Shown here piece by piece: positions 54,554-64,000 of a DNA stretch of 64,000 nucleotides (its first letter is position 1; each line of letters starts with the position of its first letter). The DNA is from Octopus bimaculoides (lineage: Eukaryota). The DNA lies in the NCBI RefSeq assembly GCF_001194135.2, contig NC_069000.1, positions 15,387,199 through 15,451,198 of the forward strand, read 5' to 3'. The translations under genes and the position numbers were made by a program. A model generated the notes under the pieces. That model was not told the origin of the DNA. It saw nothing but the letters and a program-made list of their open reading frames with translations, and searched no databases.

Positions 54554-54985
54554 CGTTGCGAGCGCAATATCACTTGCAGAAAGTGGAAAATATACCACCA
54601 GCATTGCCCAAACGACCTGAACATCAGAATCAGAAATCATCTAAGGCTGGGGCCACGTGCCATACGCCCTCTGCACAATTCAGAGTCACAACACACCAAT
54701 TCAATGCAACGCAATTTGTTTTCTTCAATAGGCCCTGCTCTCTTTAACATCATACCAAAAACAAAATCAAAGAAAAGATCTCATCACCTTCAAACGAAAT
54801 CTGGATAAATGTCTTCAAGAGGTATCAGATAAGCCACCTATACCTGGATACATTTCAGTCAAGAACATCTCCCTACTTGAACGGGCCATGATACCACAAA
54901 ACTTGATTTTAAAATGACTTGACAGATCCAAGTTAGACATGGCCTGGGCCAATCTTTGACCGAAGCATAACTAAGTTATCTAAGA
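54554..54985 (+). mobile_element. 5'-truncated CR1/L2-group LINE, ORF2 C-terminus
   Basis: Translation RCERNITCRKWKIYHQHCPNDLNIRIRNHLRLGPRAIRP...FSSIGPALFNIIP / KDLITFKRNLDKCLQEVSDKPPIPGY matches the post-RT GPxLFNxLP...FKxxLDxxL..IPDxP..PGY pattern. Confidence 0.7.
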
Positions 54986-56439
54986 AATAAATTTTAAATT
55001 AAGGAAGTCTTCAAATATTGCTATTTTTCAAGGACATTTTCATCAACATACATCACGCTTAACGTATACATGATGTGAAACCCAAATGATATTTTTTTAC
55101 TATGTTTGGTGGGGGGCTTTGTGTTTGAATTACCATAAAGAAAGAAGTTCGATCTTTATTTCTTTAACGTCAAATGAAATAAATCTCCATTTATCAATTT
55201 GAAATTATTTTAAATCAAAGAGAAAACAAGTTGATTGGAAAGAAACTAAACTGGTTTTCAATATTGAAATTGATCTTTTCTTAATAATATATAGGAAAGC
55301 AAAAGTGGCTTGTTTCTCTACCACGTAAGGTCCGAAGTATCTTATTAGAGGAAACTGAATGCTAAGATGTTCAAGCATTTCCAAATGCACAAAGAACTTA
55401 TTAGAAATGAAAGTAGATTCGAATGGGAACTGAAACAGCGTTGCGGACTCCTTTCACAAGGAGCACATCGTTCCAGTATATATTTTTTAGTAAAGACATT
55501 GTCGAGTGGCTCCCAGCTAATGTTGAAACCCCAAAACTGCCAAAAGTACCTACCAAATTCCTTAATATTGTACGCTATTGGTTAAGAAAAGTAAAGGATA
55601 CATTAGATAGTGTAGGCTTAGAAGTTTTTAAAATGACGATGATTGAACATAGGTCCGTTTAAGCAGGGCTGACCAGTACTTATTTTATCGACCTCGAAAG
55701 GATGAAAGACAAAGTCGACCCCGGAGTTAAAGATTTCGACCGACATGCTAACGATTCTGCTGAGCTTGCCGCCTTCTCTTGTCTGTTAATTATTGATTTT
55801 TACTGACTAGACAACATATCGCCCTTTCTAAAAACGTTAGCAAGCAATTAGATGATGGCTAGGTTTACTTGTAGTTTTCAGATACAAAACCCCTTAGAGA
55901 ATATCGTGGTTAGTTTGAATGACGCAAACCCCATCACCGGTGTTATGTTACCAGCATTGTCTGAAATGCAATCGGTCAGTTTTGATGAGATTTGAACTCA
56001 GAAAGGCGAGCATTCTCTTTTTATTATAATTTCATTCACATATGGAATATTTGTCGGAGGAATTTACCGTTGAGTAACTTCCTCCGACAAACTAGTTACA
56101 ATTCCAAAGTCACTGTGAAAAGTCAGATTGACTCTTTACCTTCTTGCACTCGGTGATTATTTCAAAGAATGAGGTATATTCGCTAAAAATGAATTAAAGT
56201 TGCTACAAGTACCCGTTTTTATGGGCCTCTAGGAAGACGACAAATACAATCGATTTCCATCTTTCTCCAGTAGGGATTCAAGCTAATACCGCTGTCGCTG
56301 CAATTATTTCCCCCTAACCTTCTTACACACGCAGAAAATTTATCTTGAAACGAGACGAGGAAATAAATGCCTGGTGTTTATGCTTTCCTCAAACAAATCC
56401 AGGAAACAAAATCTGAAACAACTTTGGAGGATGCAGTAA

Positions 56440-56486
<47 letters not shown>

Positions 56487-56899
56487 NNNNNNNNNNNNNN
56501 NNNNNNNNNNNNNNNNNNNNNNNNNNNNNNNNNNNNNNNNNNNNNNNNNNNNNNNNNNNNNNNNNNNNNNNNNNNNNNNNNNNNNNNNNNNNNNNNNNNN
56601 NNNNNNNNNNNNNNNNNNNNNNNNNNNNNNNNNNNNNNNNNNNNNNNNNNNNNNNNNNNNNNNNNNNNNNNNNNNNNNNNNNNNNNNNNNNNNNNNNNNN
56701 NNNNNNNNNNNNNNNNNNNNNNNNNNNNNNNNNNNNNNNNNNNNNNNNNNNNNNNNNNNNNNNNNNNNNNNNNNNNNNNNNNNNNNNNNNNNNNNNNNNN
56801 NNNNNNNNNNNNNNNNNNNNNNNNNNNNNNNNNNNNNNNNNNNNNNNNNNNNNNNNNNNNNNNNNNNNNNNNNNNNNNNNNNNNNNNNNNNNNNNNNNN

Positions 56900-56960
<61 letters not shown>

Positions 56961-58143
56961 CAAATTAACAGTAACTCGATCGGTAGAAAAATCCATTCAC
57001 TAAGGTCTCTCGGGTGACTCACTTTATATCTTGCTGTCAACTCTGCAAGTACTAAATAATTATTGACACTGTCTGTAGTACGAGTCTAAGTACTGTTATT
57101 AACCCTACAATAAATATTATCATTATCTAAACGAATTAGGTCTTACTTGATAGTCCTTACCACGTAATAGTATCAGTCAAATCACACAAGACAGACAAGA
57201 CACAGACGTTTGCTCACTCACTCACCAACACACAATATAAACATATGTAGTGTGGGGGCTGGAGATAACAAGTAAACTAGCTTGATGATGATGGCAAAGG
57301 AGGAAAAAGGGGGCGAAGGAAAAAAAAAAAAGGGAAATAGAAATGACTTATAAATGTGAACCTTTTTTATGTTAGGTGTTTGTGTGTGAAAGAGAGAGAG
57401 AGAGAGCGAGAGAGAGAAATATGAATGGATGGATGTGTGTTAGGGGGAAAATAAGCTTGCAACATAATGAAAATATTTTTAAAAAAGAGAAACTTTCGCT
57501 ATCTAGTAAAATAACCCCACATNNNNNNNNNNNNNNNNNNNNNNNNNNNNNNNNNNNNNNNNNNNNNNNNNNNNNNNNNNNNNNNNNNNNNNNNNNNNNN
57601 NNNNNNNNNNNNNNNNNNNNNNNNNNNNNNNNNNNNNNNNNNNNNNNNNNNNNNNNNNNNNNNNNNNNNNNNNNNNNNNNNNNNNNNNNNNNNNNNNNNN
57701 NNNNNNNNNNNNNNNNNNNNNNNNNNNNNNNNNNNNNNNNNNNNNNNNNNNNNNNNNNNNNNNNNNNNNNNNNNNNNNNNNNNNNNNNNNNNNNNNNNNN
57801 NNNNNNNNNNNNNNNNNNNNNNNNNNNNNNNNNNNNNNNNNNNNNNNNNNNNNNNNNNNNNNNNNNNNNNNNNNNNNNNNNNNNNNNNNNNNNNNNNNNN
57901 NNNNNNNNNNNNNNNNNNNNNNNNNNNNNNNNNNNNNNNNNNNNNNNNNNNNNNNNNNNNNNNNNNNNNNNNNNNNNNNNNNNNNNNNNNNNNNNNNNNN
58001 NNNNNNNNNNNNNNNNNNNNNNNNNNNNNNNNCAAAACAAAGTTATGAAGGACTGAAAATTTTCTCAAGTTAAATTGTAATTAACTTGTGTAATACAATT
58101 TCATTTCATTAACAACGTGGATATGAACAAACGAAACAGAGTA

Positions 58144-58180
<37 letters not shown>

Positions 58181-59034
58181 CTTTCAATTATTTTTTTTTC
58201 CAGCTAAAATGTATTTATCATAGACGAATCTTGTCATTAGACATACGTGTTAAAATGTCTTGTGTATTTATAAGCAAAAATAAAGATGAAAATTAAATTA
58301 AATCCATTCTTTTGTAGAGTGGAGAGAGAGAGAGAGAGGGAGAAGTGGTCATGTTTGTCTAGACTCTCGACTCTCGTCAGATGACTGCATTTCCGTAAAA
58401 AATACTTCAATAAGATGCTTTTCCGATCCAGATTTACCAAAGGGCTATATTTCCTGCACAGTCAAATCAGAGGAGTTCAGAGTGGAGCACTAGTTAGATA
58501 GATGTTTAGTACTAAGTTTAGTTCATACCTACTATGTACATATATGTATATATACGAGTGAGTGTGCGCGCACATGTATCTGATGGTCGGTAGCAAAGAA
58601 AAGAACGTTAACAAATAATGCAGCTAAGAAATAAAGAAAGCTAAGCTTTCATCTATTTAATGCCTTTTTTAAAACCTTTCTTCTTTTTTTTTTCTTGCTG
58701 AATGAATTTAATGTGATATAGCTAAAAGCGGATATCGATGAAAATGAGATTAGAGATAGAAGATAATGGACATTGTCCGTAACCGCAGCTTGCTAAAACT
58801 ACTTCGAACCGTATTAATTAAATAGCTGATCTGTTATAGATCAGTAATCTTATATCTCACTTTAAAAAGGAACTACAGGCTTCTTAGCAGAATAGAAAAA
58901 ATAATTTTCAAAGCTGAATTTGGGTGGAAGAATTTTTCTGAGAAGAACAACAAAGAAAATAATAATAATATAATTAAATAAAAATGAGGATGAAGAAAAT
59001 CGGAGAAGTATAATAAAATAGTTAAATTACAAAC

Positions 59035-59223
59035 CTTTTCACCAGTGCTTTTTTCTATAGCCAGCTTCACTTTACCATAAGTACCTTCTCCTATAGTTTC
59101 CAGCATTTCGAACCTGTGGCGAAGGTTATGTCTGTGATTATGAATCACAGGTCGGGGGATAGCAGTAGTGGTCTGTTCAGCTACCATTGTTGCTTCTTCA
59201 TCAATTGAGTTCTTGGCAGGCAT
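59035..59223 (-). CDS. NUAK: NUAK-family kinase, coding exon 1 (MPAKNS...HNHRHNLRHRFEMLETIGEGTYGKVKLAIEKSTGEK), 189 nt, phase 0
   Basis: ATG at 59223. NUAK-type HxHxHNLxHR motif precedes the Gly-rich loop GEGTYGKV. Donor AAG|GTTTGT at 59034; the ORF-track extension beyond it is intronic read-through. Confidence 0.93.
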
Positions 59224-60339
59224 TATATAAATATGTGTTTGTGTATGTTGATTATTAGGATAGAGAGCGAAAGAAAGAATGTGTGTCTGAAGAAAATAGG
59301 TGAAGAAGAATCGCGAAAATATTCAAAGATGACCGGCTTGCTCTCTTATTATTATTATTATTATTCTGCAGCAATTTGGTGATGCCTTCTTTTGCCACTT
59401 GCTGATTGTGCGAAGTAGCACCTTCGTGGCTGGAATGTGTGTCGAGCCAGCAAGTGGAGAAAGATATTCTCTAAATCAGGCAACAATATCTGTGATGTCT
59501 GCAGCGGACGGCAATAAGGAAACAGATCTGACTACTGTTTATCCCATTAAGACAGGCGTGTTGCGGTCAGGAAGCTAGTAGCAAGTCAGAACAATTTCAA
59601 GATTCATCTGTTTGGAACATTTACACTTTGGAATTGAGAAAAGCAAAAATGTAGCGGATTCTTCTCTTTTAACGACTGGAAAAGATGTGGAAAGTGATGG
59701 AATCGAAGTCCCATGTGCCAATAATTGGATTTGTAGTTATGAAAGAATAAGCTTTTTCCAACGGAATATCCTTCATTCGTTCTTATGGACAAATATTCTT
59801 GAAATTCTTCCATAAAATATAAACGAACGTTTAATTTTTTACAAAAGTTCTTTGCAAAATGTGAAGAAAGGCACGTTTAGTTTCCAAAAGTCAACAATGG
59901 AAAAAATAAATAATAAAAATAATAATAATAATTGTAGAGAATAATATTCAAAAAGGTCGATGGGAAGTTATATTTGGGGAAAAAAAAAAATTAATGATAA
60001 TTAAAATCATATTCCGCAAGAGTTCCAGGAATCTCAAAGGAAAAAATTTTGACTATATTTCTTAGTAGTGTTTGAAGGCGTGTGTGAATGTGAAGTCGAA
60101 CGAAATAAATATTTTTCTTTTTTTGTTTTTGTTTTGTTTTTACAGAAAGTAATACGGTTCCAATAGAATTAACTGAGACCCCAAAGCTTAGCAGGGTTGA
60201 ATGTTACAAGTGTCTTCTAGTTTTTCCTCAATAACGAAGTGTGTGTGTGTATTTTTTTTTTTTTTTAAATAAACGTGTTAAATAATACAATCAGAAGGTC
60301 AGGAAATTAAGAGCCGGTAAAACGATACAGTCGCATGGG

Positions 60340-60570
60340 TAGTAGACTCATCAACAAATAGCTTGTAGTCAAACTGCGTGTTTTATATAAACTGGTCATA
60401 ACTGCTATAACAAGTAACCTCAGTCGGTAGCCGGGCGTATCGAAGTCTCAGAAATGCCGAGACCGAATAAGCTTAACAATCCACACTCAGCAGGTGCTCC
60501 GAGCAGCTGTTTCTGTCACAGGAAGTCATCGAATTAGCTTTCTCCTTCGCTGATTGGCTGCCGTTTGTGA
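60340..60570 (-). promoter_or_regulatory. Candidate NUAK proximal promoter
   Basis: CpG-richer unique stretch about 1.1-1.35 kb upstream of the ATG. It has TATATAAAA (60389-60381), a CCAAT box CAGCCAATCAG (about 60560-60550, minus strand), an ETS-like ACAGGAAGT and E-boxes CAGCTG/CAGGTG. The TSS is not directly observable. Confidence 0.4.
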
Positions 60571-61103
60571 CGACACAGGGAAATACCCTTTCTTAGTTCA
60601 CAACAGTAGTTCAACTCGCGAGTCTCTCTCGTTCGTGTTCTTAGCTTCTAGTGGTTTTTTCTTTTTACACATGAAATCTGTTTTTCGAAAAAAACTGATT
60701 TGTCCCAAATCTTATCATATTTTTCTGACTTTGTTTTGTATATATATATAAAACATAGTAGTATATGGTCAGTTTTAGGGTAAAAAAAATGTAAGTTATT
60801 ATTTGTTAGTAGTTCTTCCTTCGCATATGCGTTCGTCTTTCTATTCTGATTAATGTTGAACCACGAAGAAAAATACCGCGTGTGTGTGTGCATTTAAGAT
60901 TTGTGTGCATATACACGCACAAACAAATATATGCATGCGCGTATGTGTATGTGTCTGACTGTTATATGTATGTTTATATGTATGCATGGGTGTATGTGTG
61001 CGTGTAAATTATATATGGATATGCATGTATTTGTGCATATATACGCACACACACACGAAACTTCATCAAGGAAAATGTGGTCTGTCATGTGTATGGAATT
61101 ACT

Positions 61104-61164
<61 letters not shown>

Positions 61165-61204
61165 CTGTTTATATCACACACACACACACACACACGCTCG
61201 CATA

Positions 61205-61519
61205 TACTCTTTACTCTTTTACTTGTTTCAGTCATTTGACTGTGGCCATGCTGGAGCACCGCCTTTAGTCGAGCAAATCGACCCTAGGACTTATTCTTTG
61301 GAAGCCTAGTACTTATTCTATCAGTCTCTTTTGCCGAACCGCTAAGTTACGGGGACATAAACACACCAGCATCGGTTGTCAAGCGATGTTGGGGGGACAA
61401 ACACAGACACACAAACACATACATATATATATACATATATACGACAGGCTTCTTTCAGTTTCCGTCTACCAAATCCACTCACAAGGCTTTGGTCGGCCCG
61501 AGGCTATAGTAGAAGACAC
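61205..61519 (-). mobile_element. Family 3 SINE (5' part lost in gap). Further partial copies near 13220-13300, 19740-19935, 20370-20655, 31240-31400, 36260-36500, 37090-37180, 45410-45557 and 48890-49045.
   Basis: Same diagnostic motifs (gactgtggccatgctggagcacc; aaatccactcacaaggctttggtcggcccgaggctatag). Confidence 0.8.
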
Positions 61520-62171
61520 NNNNNNNNNNNNNNNNNNNNNNNNNNNNNNNNNNNNNNNNNNNNNNNNNNNNNNNNNNNNNNNNNNNNNNNNNNNNNNNNN
61601 NNNNNNNNNNNNNNNNNNNNNNNNNNNNNNNNNNNNNNNNNNNNNNNNNNNNNNNNNNNNNNNNNNNNNNNNNNNNNNNNNNNNNNNNNNNNNNNNNNNN
61701 NNNNNNNNNNNNNNNNNNNNNNNNNNNNNNNNNNNNNNNNNNNNNNNNNNNNNNNNNNNNNNNNNNNNNNNNNNNNNNNNNNNNNNNNNNNNNNNNNNNN
61801 NNNNNNNNNNNNNNNNNNNNNNNNNNNNNNNNNNNNNNNNNNNNNNNNNNNNNNNNNNNNNNNNNNNNNNNNNNNNNNNNNNNNNNNNNNNNNNNNNNNN
61901 NNNNNNNNNNNNNNNNNNNNNNNNNNNNNNNNNNNNNNNNNNNNNNNNNNNNNNNNNNNNNNNNNNNNNNNNNNNNNNNNNNNNNNNNNNNNNNNNNNNN
62001 NNNNNNNNNNNNNNNNNNNNNNNNNNNNNNNNNNNNNNNNNNNNNNNNNNNNNNNNNNNNNNNNNNNNNNNNNNNNNNNNNNNNNNNNNNNNNNNNNNNN
62101 NNNNNNNNNNNNNNNNNNNNNNNNNNNNNNNNNNNNNNNNNNNNNNNNNNNNNNNNNNNNNNNNNNNNNNN

Positions 62172-62533
62172 TGTTGGCACTCCGTCGCTTACGACGTCGA
62201 GGGTTCCAGTTGATCCGTGAAATTAACGTGCAAGTGGCTGAGCACTCCACAGACACGTGTACTCTTAACGTAGTTCTCGGGGATATTCAGTGTGACACAG
62301 AGTGTGACAAGGCTGACCCTTTGAATTACCGGCACAACAGAAACAGGAAGTAAGAGTGAGAGAAAGTTGTGGTGAAAGAGTACAGCAGGGTTCGCTACCA
62401 TCCCCTGCCGGAGCCTCGTGGAACTTTTAGGTGTTTTCGCTCAATAAACACCCACAACGCCCAGTCTGGGAATCGAAACCGCGATCCTATGACCGCGAGT
62501 CTGCTACCCTAACAACTGGGCCATTGCGCCTCC
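62172..62533 (-). mobile_element. Family 1 SINE (tail abuts an assembly gap)
   Basis: Reverse complement of the 382-772 element. Confidence 0.88.
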
Positions 62534-63461
62534 ACACATACATACATACGCATATTTATGTATGTACTCGATCTGTTTCACAACGCTCTGAGTTCAATCC
62601 TCATCGTGGTCAAACGTGACCAACAACTTTTCGTTTTATGCTTTCCATGTCGGCAAAATATATCAATTGACCGGGGAGGTGTGTGTGATAGTCAGTCGAA
62701 ATTCTTTGTTCTGCTCTTTCCTTTCCTAGTTCTTGGATGATTTAATATATGGCCCTTACTTACTTTTAATGGAGTTTCCTTTGTGTAGTGCAAGTATTTG
62801 GACTGAATCTCAGGTTTGAGGCGAACCGCTCTTGGAGTTCTAAAAAATAAATAAAGTCATGAGCACTGCAGAATGAAATAACTGGGTCCGACTACTTGGA
62901 CGCTGAACATTTGATACAGCTGACCGAACATTCAGCCTATATTTGACTACGGTACTTTTTGGTACTGTAAGCAAGCACACTCACACACCTGCGCAAGAAT
63001 ATACACATCGAGATTGAGATTGAGAGAGGGAGAGAGAGAGAGAGAATTAAAGGAGTTACGCGCGTGTATATTATATANNNNNNNNNNTATATATATATAA
63101 CAAATAATAAATGAGTATATGCATATATACGTACAGGTATGTGCATACCTACGTCTACCTGTATATATAGGTGCATATCTGGGTACAGGACATTGCAAAC
63201 AAAACGTAGACAAGAAAATAATGATAACCAGAGTACAGAAAACACACAAGCCACATAGAGAACATTTTCCTTCATCAGCTACCCCCATTTTAACACCGGC
63301 GTTTCACGGACTTCTTTTAAAAACAAGTCTAGAGTTGTTTGCTTAGAAGAAGCTCTTTTTCGCTCTCTATAAATTCCTCGGTTAACACGCAGAAGCGTTT
63401 GTTACGGTAGTAGAAACTTTTGCACAGCGTTCAAAATTTGGATCTTGTGCTTGAAAAATAA

Positions 63462-63518
63462 ATCTCGTAAACCCGGGTTCTCGTAAAGCGGGCCCTCTTA
63501 AAGTGAGGTATTACTGCA
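63462..63518 (-). mobile_element. Possible Tigger/pogo-type terminal repeat fragment
   Basis: Minus strand reads CAGTAATACCTCACTTTAAGAG...CGCTTTACGAG...GTTTACGAG, resembling CAGT..ACCTC...TTTACGA termini with subterminal direct repeats. No partner end was seen. Confidence 0.3.
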
Positions 63519-64000
63519 CACACACACACACACAGCAAGAACCTAGCTGCCTTGTAACTTTTGCCTTGTGTTGTATGTATCAAGGAGAAGTCGTCGGTTT
63601 ATTTCCAAATCTTTTACATCTAATCTCTGCTAGGAATGCGTTTTATTTTTCTATGAAAGATTGGTTAATGCTTGTTTGATCAACATCAGTACAGTCATCA
63701 CCATCTTAATTAGTTGTATCATCGCCATCATTATACAAACATAATTCTAATTATCGGTGTCATCATAATCGCCATGACTCATTATCGTAATCTTCATTAA
63801 CACTGCCACCGCTGCCGTCGCCGCCGCCGCAGTCTGTCGGGACCACCACCACCACCACCATCGCCGTCGATGCCTGTCATCGCTGCCACCACCACCACCA
63901 CCACCACCTTCATAATAATCAGTATCCACCATCATTACGACAGGCAAAATGACAAACTCATAGCCAATCAACAATGATTGCCATCAACGTAATCGTCAGG

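Noticed and set aside
59030-59031. Alternative exon 1 donor TTT|GTAATT 4 nt downstream
   Set aside because: It would shift the frame relative to the phase-0 exon 2 acceptor; GTTTGT at 59034 gives the continuous GEK-VAIK.
21421-62353. Long ORFs containing X runs (e.g. 21421-22219, 50221-51298, 61376-62353)
   Set aside because: Artefacts of translating N gaps.
63770-63915. GC-rich stretch as a possible exon or CpG island
   Set aside because: It is composed of CCA/CCG/TCA triplet repeats, with no credible coding signal.

Overview
AT-rich, microsatellite- and SINE-dense animal genomic DNA with many N gaps. The repeat landscape suggests an octopus or other coleoid cephalopod draft assembly, but this is inference. 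One protein-coding gene is supported: a NUAK-family (AMPK-related, SNF1-like) Ser/Thr kinase on the minus strand. It has 7 coding exons, all joined by GT-AG introns: 59223-59035, 25103-24983, 13787-13636, 13098-13033, 12575-12456, 12177-12045 and 10700-9529. These total 1953 nt, or 650 aa plus stop; intron 1 is about 33.9 kb and intron 2 about 11.2 kb. The rest is tRNA-derived SINEs, RTE- and CR1/L2-type LINE remnants, a decayed Tc1 transposase, a TTAA-flanked MITE family, mini/microsatellites and two local duplications. The most interesting leads are hypotheses: (1) inverted MITE copies bracket the 471-nt, phase-symmetric exon 3-6 block, which could give a stop-free circRNA or an in-frame kinase-less isoform; (2) a minimal Penelope-type hammerhead-like motif at 3453-3487; (3) a cluster of exon 3 codons one A-to-G change from the human/fly residues, possibly A-to-I recoding sites; (4) conserved short motifs in the disordered kinase tail. 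Comparisons to human and fly proteins and repeat family names are from memory, not from a database search.
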